Shown: one piece after another, positions 10,117 through 19,640 of the stretch
Numbering within the stretch: the first letter of the stretch is position 1
Layout: the number at the start of each line of letters is the position of its first letter
Assembly (NCBI GenBank): GCA_963775425.1
Contig: CAVZJB010000016.1
Location: 544,001 to 608,000 of the forward strand
Reading direction: 5' to 3'
Length of the DNA: 64,000 nucleotides
DNA from: an uncultured delta proteobacterium
GTDB lineage: Bacteria; Myxococcota; UBA727; VGSZ01
The notes under the pieces: generated by a model
What the model was told of the DNA's origin: nothing
Databases searched by the model: none
The model's input: only the letters and a program-made list of their open reading frames with translations
Position numbers and translations under genes: made by a program

Positions 10117-10896
10117 ATGAACAAGCTCCTCAAAACGGCCGACGAGGCCGTCAAGGACGTCGCGGACGGGGCCACCCTGATGGTGGGCGGCTTCGGCCTG
10201 TGCGGGAACCCCGAGTCGCTGATCAGCGCCCTGCACCGCAGGGGCACAAAGGGGCTGCACATCATCTCCAACAACTGCGGCACCACCGACAAGGGCCTGG
10301 GCATCCTCCTCGCCGCAGGCCAGGTGAACAAGATGGTGTCCTCGTACGTCGGCGAGAACAAGGAGTTCGAGCGGCGCTACCTGACGGGCGAGCTCGACGT
10401 GGAGCTCAACCCCCAGGGCACCCTGGCGGAGCGCATCCGGGCGGGCGGCGCCGGGATCCCGGCCTTCTACACGGCCACCGGCGTGGGCACCGCGGTCTCC
10501 GAGGGCGGCCTGCCCATCCGGTACAGCGCCGACGGCAAGGTCCTCGTGGAGTCGCCCAAGAAGGAGGTGCGAGCCCTGGTGGACCCGCGCACCGGCAAGG
10601 AGCGCCGGTACGTCCTCGAGACCGGCCTGTTCGCGGACTTCGCCCTGGTGCGGGCTTTCAAGGCGGATGCCTACGGCAACCTGGTGTTCCGAAAGACCGC
10701 GCGGAATTTCTCGCCGATGATGTGCGCGGCGGCGCGGGTGTGCATCGTCGAGGCCGAGCAGATCGTCGACAAGATCGACGGCGACGAGGTGCACGTCCCC
10801 GGCGTCTACGTGAAGCGCCTGATCAAGGTCGAGCACAAGGCCAACTGGATCGAGCAGCGGACCGTCCGTCCGCGCGCAGAAGGGAGCGCGTCATGA
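10117..10896 (+). CDS. scoA: 3-oxoacid CoA-transferase subunit A
   Basis: [42 protein letters not shown] and TARNF motifs. ATG at 10117. Confidence 0.92.
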   Translation: MNKLLKTADEAVKDVADGATLMVGGFGLCGNPESLISALHRRGTKGLHIISNNCGTTDKGLGILLAAGQVNKMVSSYVGENKEFERRYLTGELDVELNPQGTLAERIRAGGAGIPAFYTATGVGTAVSEGGLPIRYSADGKVLVESPKKEVRALVDPRTGKERRYVLETGLFADFALVRAFKADAYGNLVFRKTARNFSPMMCAAARVCIVEAEQIVDKIDGDEVHVPGVYVKRLIKVEHKANWIEQRTVRPRAEGSAS

Positions 10897-11573
10897 GCCT
10901 CACCCGCGACCAGATCGTGCAGCGCGCCGCCTTGGAGCTCAAGGACGGGTTCACGGTCAACCTCGGCATCGGCATGCCCACGCTCGTCGCCAACTTCGTG
11001 CCCAAGGGCATCGACGTCGTGCTCCAGAGCGAAAACGGCATGCTCGGCGTGGGCCCGTTCCCGCTCGAGGGCGACGAGGACCCCGACCTCATCAACGCCG
11101 GCAAGCAGACCGTGAGCGAGACGGCGCACACGAGCTTCTTTTCGTCGGCGGACAGCTTCGCGATGATCCGCGGGGGCCACGTCGACCTCACCATCCTCGG
11201 CGCCATGCAGGTGTCCCGGAAGGGAGACATCGCCAACTGGATGATCCCGGGCAAGATGGTGAAGGGCATGGGCGGCGCCATGGACCTCGTCGCGGGCTCG
11301 CCGCGCGTCATCGTCACCATGGAGCACGTCGCGCGCTCGAAGAAAGACCCGCAAAAGGTGGACATGAAGATCGTCGACGAGTGCACGCTGCCGCTCACGG
11401 GGCGCGCGTGTGTCGACATGATCATCACCGACCTCGCCGTGTTCAACGTGAAGCGCGGCGAGGGGCTCACCCTCGTCGAGCACGCGCCCGGCGTCAGCGT
11501 CGACGACATCGTGGCCGCCACCGGCTGCGCCTTCGAGGTCAGCCCGTCGCTGAAGCCCGTCCCCGCCGCGTGA
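10893..11573 (+). CDS. scoB: 3-oxoacid CoA-transferase subunit B
   Basis: [15 protein letters not shown] (catalytic Glu), INAGKQT and [12 protein letters not shown] overlap with subunit A. Confidence 0.93.
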   Translation: MSLTRDQIVQRAALELKDGFTVNLGIGMPTLVANFVPKGIDVVLQSENGMLGVGPFPLEGDEDPDLINAGKQTVSETAHTSFFSSADSFAMIRGGHVDLTILGAMQVSRKGDIANWMIPGKMVKGMGGAMDLVAGSPRVIVTMEHVARSKKDPQKVDMKIVDECTLPLTGRACVDMIITDLAVFNVKRGEGLTLVEHAPGVSVDDIVAATGCAFEVSPSLKPVPAA

Positions 11574-11616
11574 CACGCCCCGCCCCCCGCGTGGGCCTCC
11601 CCCGGCGCGTCCGGCG

Positions 11617-12774
11617 ATGAACGCGCTCGACCGCCTCGAAGCGTTCCTCGAGCAGGCGCACCCGGGCTTCGCCGACGATCGCGCGTTGCACGCCGAGGCA
11701 CGCGCGCTGTCGGAGGCGTACACGCGGACGGGCGCCGTCGACGACGGCGCCGCCGGGAGCGTCGCCTACCTCGCCCACTTCGGCCCGCGCGCCGTCGCCG
11801 CCGCCGGCCACGCGCTCTCGTTCGTCCCCGCGGTGCCCGCGCACTGCATCGACGTCGGCGCCGGCTCCGGCGCCTCGGCGCTGGCGCTCTTCGCCGCCGG
11901 CGCGCGTCGCGTGACCCTCGTCGAACGAAGCAAGCCGGCGCTCGCCCTCGCGCGCCGGCTCCTCGAGGGCCTCGACGCCGAGCTCGTCCACACGGACGCG
12001 TGGCGCGGCGGCGCGTCCGCCGCCGGGCCGTCCGCGGGGCCGTTCGCGGGGCCGTTCGCGGGGCCGTTCGCGGGGTCGTTCGCGGGGTCGGGGCGCGGCG
12101 GCGCCGGCCCGGGCCTCGTGTTGTCCGCGTTCGCGTTCGGCGAGCTCGTGGACGGCGCAGGCGGCGCAGGCGGCGACGACGACGCCAAGGAGCGGGCGCG
12201 CGCCGCATTCGCCGCCCTCGAGCGCGCCGCCCCGGGCGCCGCGCACGTCCTCGTCGACGCCGGCGACCGCGCGCATGCCCGCCGCGTCCAGGAGCTGCGC
12301 GACGCGCTCGTCGCCGAGGGCCGGGTGGTGCGCGCGCCGTGTCCGCACACGGACCGCTGCCCCGCCCTCGCGCGCGCCCGCGACTGGTGCCACACCCGCA
12401 TCGACAAGCGCCTCCCCGACAAGCTCGCGCGCTTCGCCCGCGCCGTCGGCCGCGACGACGAGCACATGGCGCTGTCGTTCCTCGTCATGGACCGCGCCGA
12501 TCCCGAGCGCCTCGTCGTCATGGACAGCGCCCATCCGGCGCGCGCCGCCGGCATCCTCGTCATCGGCGACCCGCTCAAGGAGAAGGGCCGCGCGCGCCTG
12601 CCCGTGTGCGGCCCCGGCGGCCTTCGCTTCCTCCAGGCCCTCAAGCGAAACCGCCCCGCCCACGACGCGCTTTTGCACCTCGAGCGCGGCACGCGCCTGC
12701 CCGTGGCGCTCGCCGCCGGCGCGCGCCAGGGGACGGCCGCCGTCGACGACGCCGCCGCCCTCGCGCCGGAGTGA
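11617..12774 (+). CDS. Rsm22/METTL17-like SAM-dependent methyltransferase
   Basis: SAM motif IDVGAGSG and the APCPHTDRCP...DWCH Cys cluster typical of the Rsm22 family. Confidence 0.75.
   Translation: MNALDRLEAFLEQAHPGFADDRALHAEARALSEAYTRTGAVDDGAAGSVAYLAHFGPRAVAAAGHALSFVPAVPAHCIDVGAGSGASALALFAAGARRVTLVERSKPALALARRLLEGLDAELVHTDAWRGGASAAGPSAGPFAGPFAGPFAGSFAGSGRGGAGPGLVLSAFAFGELVDGAGGAGGDDDAKERARAAFAALERAAPGAAHVLVDAGDRAHARRVQELRDALVAEGRVVRAPCPHTDRCPALARARDWCHTRIDKRLPDKLARFARAVGRDDEHMALSFLVMDRADPERLVVMDSAHPARAAGILVIGDPLKEKGRARLPVCGPGGLRFLQALKRNRPAHDALLHLERGTRLPVALAAGARQGTAAVDDAAALAPE
12025..12090 (+). repeat. 12-bp tandem repeat (GGGCCGTTCGCG x ~5.5) encoding GPSA-GPFA-GPFA-GPFA-GSFA
   Basis: Directly visible in-frame tandem repeat. 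Confidence 0.85.
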
Positions 12775-12905
12775 GCCCTCCGTCGCCGGTCGGGCGCGCC
12801 CTCGACGAGGCCCGGCCGACGCATGACACGGGGCGCGCCGCCGCGGCGGGTGGGCGCTCGGCCCCGGGCATGGTCCCGCTGGTGTCGGTCGCGTAGCCTC
12901 GCCCG

Positions 12906-13673
12906 GTGAGCGCGCTCCCCGTCGTCGACGACCGGCCCGCCTTGGCGGAGCACGTCCCCGGTTCGCTCGAGTCGGGGCTCGCCGCCTTGTGGCAGTCGGC
13001 CGGCCGGCGGGTGAACACGCTGCGGTACTGGCGCGAGTCGCTCGCCTTGCGGCGCCGCTTTCATCTGCGCTTCCTCCGCCTCGGGCAGCTCAAGGTCGCG
13101 GTGCCGCGGGGCAAGACCCCGGACTGCGACGCCTGCACCGAGATCTGCTGCACGGGGCCGGACGCCGTGGTCTCGCTCCGCCTGCGCGACATCGCGGCGC
13201 TCGTCGACGCGGGGCTCGAGCGCCACATCGCGCCGTCGTCGGCGGTGCGCCCGGCGCTCGCGCCGTCGACGCGCCGCGAGCGGAAGGCGGTGACGTGGGC
13301 GCGGCAGGAGGCCGACGGCTCGGTCTTCCACCAGGTCTTCCCGGTGCTCGCCCGCGACGACACCGGCACCTGCTCGCTGCTCACCGAGGATCGCTTGTGC
13401 GGCGCGTATCCGCACTGGCCGCTGTCGTGCGCGCGCTATCCGTACGCGCTCGACCTGCGCTTGGGCGTGGTGTTCTACGCCCGGAGCTGCGGCTCGTATC
13501 ACGAGGTCCCCGCCGTCGATGCGCCGGTGCACGTGCGAGCGTTGCTTCGCGCCGTCGTTGACGCGTACAACGAGCGTGTGAAGGACGCCGTGCTCCTCCA
13601 TGTCGCGCGGCCGGAGCTCGAGGCGCTCGGGCTCCTGCGCTTCCTCGACCTCGAAGCGCTCAAGCGGAGGTGA
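12906..13673 (+). CDS. YkgJ-family (CxxCxxCC) zinc/iron cysteine cluster protein
   Basis: DCDACTEICC, then CSLL...LCGAYPHWPLSCARYPY. Confidence 0.8.
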   Translation: MSALPVVDDRPALAEHVPGSLESGLAALWQSAGRRVNTLRYWRESLALRRRFHLRFLRLGQLKVAVPRGKTPDCDACTEICCTGPDAVVSLRLRDIAALVDAGLERHIAPSSAVRPALAPSTRRERKAVTWARQEADGSVFHQVFPVLARDDTGTCSLLTEDRLCGAYPHWPLSCARYPYALDLRLGVVFYARSCGSYHEVPAVDAPVHVRALLRAVVDAYNERVKDAVLLHVARPELEALGLLRFLDLEALKRR

Positions 13674-14323
13674 CCGTGCTCCTCAAGTGGATCGTCTGCC
13701 GGGTCGCCGCCGACAAGGCAGCCGCGTTCTCGCAGGCGCAGCGCGCGTGGGGCGCCTGCGCCGACGCCGTCGGCTTCCTCGGCCAGGCCGGCGGCTTCGC
13801 CGGCGACGACGCGTGCGTCGCCGCGCTCTGGTCCGACGAGCCCGCGCTCGCGGCGTTCATGGCCCACCTCCACGACCCGATCGTCGCGGGGACGGTGCAG
13901 GAGCGGACCTACGAGTCGCTCGAGACCACGCCCTTTCGCCCGCTGTTGCGCATGCGCGCGGCGAGCGGCGCGCGCGCCTCGCTCGCCTCCGTCGTGGACG
14001 CCGTCGTCGACGCCACGGTCATTCGCGTCGCGGACTGCCGCGTGAGGGACGGCCGCGCGGACCACTTCGTCGACGCGCAGCTGCGCGTCTGGCTCCCGGG
14101 CATGGCCGCGGCGCCGGGCATGCGCGGCGGCTTCTTCTCGGTCTCTCAGGAGGACCCGCGGCGCTTCCTCGTCGTCACCGGCTGGGACGCCGCCGCGGCC
14201 CACGACGCCTACGCCAAGGAGCGCGTCCCCGAGCTGCGCGCGGCGGCCTCCGTCGACGACGACCTCGAGAGCCTGCGGGGCCACCGGGTGCTCTGCGAGC
14301 CGAGCTGGCGCGTCCACCCCTGA
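13670..14323 (+). CDS. YdbC/DUF4937-like protein (dimeric alpha/beta barrel, ABM-like)
   Basis: LLKWIVCRV...FSQAQRAW, FLGQAGG, and a second repeat IRVADCRV...HFVDAQLRVWLPGM. GTGA overlap with the upstream gene. Confidence 0.7.
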   Translation: MTVLLKWIVCRVAADKAAAFSQAQRAWGACADAVGFLGQAGGFAGDDACVAALWSDEPALAAFMAHLHDPIVAGTVQERTYESLETTPFRPLLRMRAASGARASLASVVDAVVDATVIRVADCRVRDGRADHFVDAQLRVWLPGMAAAPGMRGGFFSVSQEDPRRFLVVTGWDAAAAHDAYAKERVPELRAAASVDDDLESLRGHRVLCEPSWRVHP

Positions 14324-14386
14324 GCGCGCCGCCGGACGCAGCGCACCGAGGCCGGCACGCCGGTGGTCGGCGCGGCGCGGCGCTCG

Positions 14387-15322
14387 TCACACCGCAGGGT
14401 ACGGCTGGGAGCGCGTCTGCAGGACCACCACGCCGTCGTCGCAGCCGATGTGCAGGAGCTCGCCGACCAACGCGGTCTCGCCCGGGATCTTCCGGTCCTC
14501 GTCGAGCTCCACGGCGTCGACGACGCGCACCGGGGCGCCGCCGGCGTCGGCGTACAGCGTGTTCCAGCGGCCGACGCCGCGGACGAACGTGAACACCCGC
14601 CGCGCGCCGAGCGCGGGATCCACGAGGTGATCGGCGGGCGCGGGCCGCGGCGCGTGCGTGGCCCGCGCAGCGTCCTGCGGGCGGGGACGAAGCGTCCCCG
14701 CGCCGAGCTGGGCGAGCGCCGACACCGTCATGCGCGCCGCGCGCTGCGCCAGGTCGTCCACGAGGTCCTCGCCGGCCGTCCCGAACGGCAAGGCCACCGC
14801 CTCCTGCAACAGGACGTCCCCGTCGTCCTCGCCCGGCGCGACCTGATGGAGGGTCAGCCCCGTCTCCGCCACGCCGTCGCGGAACGTCCAGAACAACGGC
14901 GCCGGCCCGCGGTACGACGGCAGCAGCGACGGGTGCAGGTTGACGACGCCCAGCGGCGCGGCGCGAAGGAAGGCGGGCTTCAAGAGCTGATTGAAGAAGG
15001 AGACCACCACGACGTCGACGGCCTCACGCTTCACGAGGTCGACGGCGGCGGGGCACGAGGCGTCCCCGACCAGGTACGCAGGCACGTCGCTCCGCGCCGC
15101 CACGACGAAGGGGTTTCGCCGCCCGTCGTCGGCGCGCGTCATGCCGAGTGCGCGCTTGACGGCGACGTCGAAGCCGCGGTGGCGCTTGAGCACCGGCTTT
15201 CTGCGGGTGTCGAGGCCCCCCATCGGTCGCATCACGAAGCGCACGTCGTGCCCGGCCTCGAGCAACGCCTCGAGCGGCCTCACGGAGAACACGCTCTCCA
15301 TGCACAGGAAGCCCACCCTCAT
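14387..15322 (-). CDS. Formyltransferase family protein (Fmt-like)
   Basis: NLHPSLLPSYRGPAP and ETGLTLH...EDDGD motifs. ATG at 15322 (MRVGFLCMES). Confidence 0.8.
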   Translation of the reverse strand: MRVGFLCMESVFSVRPLEALLEAGHDVRFVMRPMGGLDTRRKPVLKRHRGFDVAVKRALGMTRADDGRRNPFVVAARSDVPAYLVGDASCPAAVDLVKREAVDVVVVSFFNQLLKPAFLRAAPLGVVNLHPSLLPSYRGPAPLFWTFRDGVAETGLTLHQVAPGEDDGDVLLQEAVALPFGTAGEDLVDDLAQRAARMTVSALAQLGAGTLRPRPQDAARATHAPRPAPADHLVDPALGARRVFTFVRGVGRWNTLYADAGGAPVRVVDAVELDEDRKIPGETALVGELLHIGCDDGVVVLQTRSQPYPAV

Positions 15323-15336
15323 CTGCGCGCCCTCTC

Positions 15337-18300
15337 CTACTCGAGATGGTACACGACGACGCGCCCGGGCCGGTCGGTTTCGAAGTACGGGGCGCCGCCC
15401 GCGATGAGGATATCGACGTCGCGGTCGCGGTCGATGTCGCCGGCGGCGAAGTTGTTGAGCTGCAGGTGCTCGTTGCCGAACGAGGGCAAAGCGCCGCTGC
15501 CGTCTACGTACGTGCCGTCGCCGCGGTTGATGAACACCCGGAGCTGCGCGTGGGTGTCGAACAGGTCGCGCGTGCCCCCGAACAGCAGATCGAGGTCGCC
15601 GTCGTCGTCGAGGTCCACCAGCGCGCTGCCCACGGTGCAGCTCTGCGTGAGCGACGGAAGCGCCGCGGTGTCGCGCACGAGGTCTCCGCCTTCGTTCCTC
15701 AAGAGCACCTCGCCGAAGTCGCCGTCGCACACGGTGGTGACGATGTCGGGGTCGCCGTCGCCGTCGACGTCGCCGGCGTCGAGGTCATAGAGGTCGCCGA
15801 AGATGTTCAAGAGGCCGGCGGGAAACTCCGGGACGAAGCCGAGCCCTTCGTTCACGCGGTTTCGCAGGACGCGGTTCTGCTCCGAGGGGAACGTGGTGTT
15901 GTTGGTGACGATGACGATGTCGCCGTCACCGTCGCCGTCGAGATCGGCGGCGATGACCTTGTGATCGTGCACCCACGCGGTCCGGTGGGGCACGAGGTCG
16001 GAGCGGTCGTCGAACCCGTTGTCCACCTGCTCGAGCAGCACGTCGGGCCCGATGACGCTCGGGTCGCAGCCGCCGCCGCCGAATTCGTTGGGGTCGCAGC
16101 CCGCGGAGAGGTTGTAGATGTCGGGGCGGCCGTCGCCGACGACGTCGAGAAACTCGGCGTCGAACGCGTCGTCGGCGGAGCCGGTGCCGAGGTCGACGCG
16201 CTCGAAGACGAAGCCGCCCCGGTTCTCCATGAGGATGGGGCCGCTGCCGTTGGTGGCGCCGATGAGGACGTCGGGGCGGCCGTCGCCGTCGGCGTCGGCG
16301 ACGGAGGTGTTGTTGGCGACGGTGAAGACGTTGATGTCGCGGCGCGTGAACACGCCGTGACCGTCGTTCTCCCACACGCTCGTGTCCTGCGGGATCTCCT
16401 GGGTGTTGCCGAAGCGGTCCTGGATCACGTTGCCCGTGGCCACCACGGCGTCGAGGTCGCCGTCGCCGTCGAAGTCCGCGAGGTCGACGTCGTTGCAGTT
16501 CTCGCCGTTCATCGGGAAGTCCGACGAGTGCGCGGCGTAGGTGCGGTAGTGGAACGCGGCCGTGCCCGTCTCGCTGGTGCCGTCGGGGTTCACGAAGCGC
16601 ACGTCGACGTCGCCGTGGCCGTTTCCCGCGAGCGCCGACGCCGGCGTCTGACAGACGAATTCGCGCGAGGACACGAAGGTGCAATCGGCCGCGACGCCCC
16701 CGAAGGTGATGACGGCGTCCGCTTGCATGCCGGCGCTGCGCACGCGCACCCGGGTGAAGCCGACGGGCAGGCCGTGGTCGGGCGTGACGGCGACGCCGAG
16801 GTAGCGATAGATGCCCTCGGCCGTGTCCTCCTGCGCGTCGGGGTTCACCACGCGCACGTCGGCCGGGCCCTCCGCGCCCGGCGGCGTGGTGCAGGTGATC
16901 TCCTGCGCGCTCACGACGTCGGCGCCGCTGCAGGGGGCGCCGTCGATGAACACCAGCGCGCCCTCCTGGAAGAAGTCGCCGTTCACCGTGACCTCTTCGC
17001 CGCCGAAGGTGGGCCCCTCGGGCGGGTCCGCGGAGTCCACGCGCGGCGGCGCGATGTAGAGGTACGCGTCCGCCGCCGTCCCCGACGACAGCGGGTGGTT
17101 TTGCACCGTGACGTCGGCGAAGCCCGGATCGCCCGGCGGCGTCGTGCACTGCAGCGACGACGTCGAGGTGACCTCGACGTCGGTGCACGCGCCGTCGGCG
17201 AAGAGCACCGTGAAGTCCTCGCCCTCGATCTGCCGGAAGAAGCGCCCCTCGACCACCACGCGCGTGCCGCCGGCGGTGGGCCCCGAGGGCGGCGCCACCG
17301 CCGTGACCTCGGGCGGCCAGAAGTACACGAGGCCCGCGGGGAGCGTGCCGCTGCGCGTGTCGCCGGGCTCGGTGCGGGTGACGGTGACGTCGACGGCGAG
17401 CAGGCCGCTCGAGGGCGCCGGGTCGAGCCCGGCCGGCACCGGGGGCACGCGCACGAGCAGCTCCGCGGAGCCCGTCTGGGAGATCACCTCGCCGGCGGCG
17501 CCGCCGAAGCTGACGTCGTCGGCGTCGGAGAGGCCCGAGCCGAGCACGCGCACCTCGACGCCGCCCGCGACGGGGACGAGCGACGGCACCACCTCGACGA
17601 CGATGGGCGGCCCGAGGAAGCCGTAGCCCCCCGGCAGGGTGTCCTGCTGGCCGTCGTCGTTTTCCACGGTGACGTCGGCGGCGCCGGGCGTGCCCGCGGG
17701 CGTGGCGCAGGTGAGCGTGGCCGCATCGAGGACCACCACGTCGGTGCACGGCGCGCCGCCGATGGTCACGACGGCGCCGTCGCGGAAGCCGTCGCCGTCG
17801 ACGGTGACGACGGTGCCGCCCTCGCTCGAGCCCTGGCCGGGATCGACGGCGGTGACCAGGGGCGCCTGGATGTACTCGTAGCCGTCGGGCAACACGCCCT
17901 GCCCGGTGGCGCCCACCTCGTCGCGCACGACGACGTCGACGAGGCCGTGGTGGCCCGGCGGCGTGTCGCAGTCGAGCTCGGTGTCGTCGACGAGCCGCTG
18001 GTGACGGCAGGGGACGCCGTCGAAGGAGCCGCGGACGCCGTCGACGAAGTTCCCGCCGCGGATGATGACGGCGGTGCCGCCGGCCTCGGGCCCGGACGCG
18101 GGCTCGACGGAGTCGACGATGGGGGACGGCACGAAGGTGAACGCGCTCTCGAGGAGCGCCACGCGGCCGTCGGGGTTCGTGAGGCGTACGTCGACGACGC
18201 CCGGGTCCTCGGGGCTCGTCACGGCGGCCACGAGGTCCTCCCGCAGCCACTCCACCGATGTCGCCTCGACGGCGCCGAAGAGCACCACGGCGCCGGGCCG

Positions 18301-18777
18301 CAGGTCGTCGCCGTGGATCTCGACGCGGGTCCCGCCGCTCGCGGGGCCGGTGTCGGGGTCGATGCGGGCGATGGCGGGCGCCGACGGCACCGGCCCCACG
18401 CGGAACGCGTAGGGATCCCCGAGGGGGTTTTGCGCGCAACGATCGCCCGTGTCGCAGACGGTGAGCGTCCACTGCACCACGCTGCCGAGCGGCTGCCCGG
18501 GGATGAGGCCCTTCAGCCGCGTGCCCTTCTGGAGCGTCTCGTCGACGACGACGGCCAGCGGCACGGTGCCCGCGCGCGGCACGGTCAGCGGGCCCGCCAC
18601 CGACCACGACAGCGTCGACGCGCCGATGCCGTCGTCGTCGTGGGCGATGACGCGCGCCTCGTACGGCCCGCTCTCGATGGAGGTGTCGCTGACGACGGCG
18701 GCCTCGAGCACGTCCGGCGGCGGGTTTTCGCAGCCGGCGACGACGGCGAAGGCGACGAGCCCGAGGAGCGCCTTCAT
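15337..18777 (-). CDS. Lipoprotein with ~7 IPT/TIG domains and a C-terminal FG-GAP/VCBS beta-propeller
   Basis: Lipobox VVAG-C after ATG 18777. Repeated PxxxxxxPxxGPxxGGTxVxIxG TIG units and seven DxDGDGxxD-type loops. Confidence 0.85.
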   Translation of the reverse strand: MKALLGLVAFAVVAGCENPPPDVLEAAVVSDTSIESGPYEARVIAHDDDGIGASTLSWSVAGPLTVPRAGTVPLAVVVDETLQKGTRLKGLIPGQPLGSVVQWTLTVCDTGDRCAQNPLGDPYAFRVGPVPSAPAIARIDPDTGPASGGTRVEIHGDDLRPGAVVLFGAVEATSVEWLREDLVAAVTSPEDPGVVDVRLTNPDGRVALLESAFTFVPSPIVDSVEPASGPEAGGTAVIIRGGNFVDGVRGSFDGVPCRHQRLVDDTELDCDTPPGHHGLVDVVVRDEVGATGQGVLPDGYEYIQAPLVTAVDPGQGSSEGGTVVTVDGDGFRDGAVVTIGGAPCTDVVVLDAATLTCATPAGTPGAADVTVENDDGQQDTLPGGYGFLGPPIVVEVVPSLVPVAGGVEVRVLGSGLSDADDVSFGGAAGEVISQTGSAELLVRVPPVPAGLDPAPSSGLLAVDVTVTRTEPGDTRSGTLPAGLVYFWPPEVTAVAPPSGPTAGGTRVVVEGRFFRQIEGEDFTVLFADGACTDVEVTSTSSLQCTTPPGDPGFADVTVQNHPLSSGTAADAYLYIAPPRVDSADPPEGPTFGGEEVTVNGDFFQEGALVFIDGAPCSGADVVSAQEITCTTPPGAEGPADVRVVNPDAQEDTAEGIYRYLGVAVTPDHGLPVGFTRVRVRSAGMQADAVITFGGVAADCTFVSSREFVCQTPASALAGNGHGDVDVRFVNPDGTSETGTAAFHYRTYAAHSSDFPMNGENCNDVDLADFDGDGDLDAVVATGNVIQDRFGNTQEIPQDTSVWENDGHGVFTRRDINVFTVANNTSVADADGDGRPDVLIGATNGSGPILMENRGGFVFERVDLGTGSADDAFDAEFLDVVGDGRPDIYNLSAGCDPNEFGGGGCDPSVIGPDVLLEQVDNGFDDRSDLVPHRTAWVHDHKVIAADLDGDGDGDIVIVTNNTTFPSEQNRVLRNRVNEGLGFVPEFPAGLLNIFGDLYDLDAGDVDGDGDPDIVTTVCDGDFGEVLLRNEGGDLVRDTAALPSLTQSCTVGSALVDLDDDGDLDLLFGGTRDLFDTHAQLRVFINRGDGTYVDGSGALPSFGNEHLQLNNFAAGDIDRDRDVDILIAGGAPYFETDRPGRVVVYHLE

Positions 18778-19163
18778 CGCGGCTTCCGCGTGCTGCCGGT
18801 GGGCGGCGTGTCCGTGGCGAAGACGGGCTTGGGCGCGGTGGGGGCGCGCGCGAGCTTCTTGCGCAGGAGCGCCTCGCGGGGATCCGGGGGCACGCGCGGC
18901 ACCGCTTTCCCGGGCGCCTCGGCGGCGGGCGCGGCGGCGTCGGGGGCCTCCATCGCCCCGGTGGCCATGGCGGCGGCGTCGGGGGCGCCGGTGGGGCGCT
19001 TGCCCGGCCGCGCCGGGGCCTCGTCCTCGTCGGCGAGCACGGCGCGCGCGGGCGCGTCCTTGAGCACGTCGCCGAAGCCCTTCTCGGGAGCCTTGTGCCA
19101 GGCGCGCTTGTGCCGCGCGGCCTCCTCCTCGAGCTCCTGGATCTTCTCCGGGTCCGTCGACAT
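18774..19163 (-). CDS. Hypothetical protein
   Basis: MSTDPEKIQELEEEAARHKRAWHKAPEKGFGDVLK. Its stop overlaps the next ATG (ATGA). Confidence 0.6.
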   Translation of the reverse strand: MSTDPEKIQELEEEAARHKRAWHKAPEKGFGDVLKDAPARAVLADEDEAPARPGKRPTGAPDAAAMATGAMEAPDAAAPAAEAPGKAVPRVPPDPREALLRKKLARAPTAPKPVFATDTPPTGSTRKPR

Positions 19164-19229
19164 CCCGGTCCCGACGATCCCCCGCGGCTCGACCCGGCGA
19201 TGCTCGGCCATGCGGCGAGCGTAGCGCGG

Positions 19230-19640
19230 TCAACCGCCCAGGGGCACGTCGGGGGTGACGGATTTCACCCCGAGCTTGCCGACGAGCGCGCGCAGAGACT
19301 CCACCTTGCCGGGCTCGATCTCGACGGTGATGGCGTTCGACATCCACCACACCTCGACCACCTGGCCGCCGAGCGCGACCACCTGCCCCTCGACGTCGGA
19401 GTGCGCCTGCTTGAGCTTGGCGCGCGCCTTCTCCGCGAAGGCGTCGGCCTTGTCGTCGTCGCCGTCTTTGAGCAGCTCCCGGTACGCGCCCAGGTCGCCG
19501 TCGCCTCCGTCGAACGCCACGATCCAGCGCTCGCGGCCCTCGCTGCCGAGCACGTGCTTGCCCGGCGGCGCCGCCTTCTTTCCCGGGCAGCCGGCCGCCG
19601 ACAACGCCACGGCCGCAAGGAGAGCGAGGATGACCCTCAT
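19230..19640 (-). CDS. Lipoprotein resembling a stand-alone subtilisin propeptide (inhibitor I9-like)
   Basis: Lipobox AAG-C. RWIVAF...VEVWWMSNAITVEI...VKSVTPD pattern like S8 prodomains. Confidence 0.65.
   Translation of the reverse strand: MRVILALLAAVALSAAGCPGKKAAPPGKHVLGSEGRERWIVAFDGGDGDLGAYRELLKDGDDDKADAFAEKARAKLKQAHSDVEGQVVALGGQVVEVWWMSNAITVEIEPGKVESLRALVGKLGVKSVTPDVPLGG

Noticed and set aside
10500-10610. Insertion in CoA-transferase subunit A ([13 protein letters not shown]...)
   Set aside because: A similar loop is common in ScoA/PcaI homologues of other high-GC bacteria, so it is not novel.
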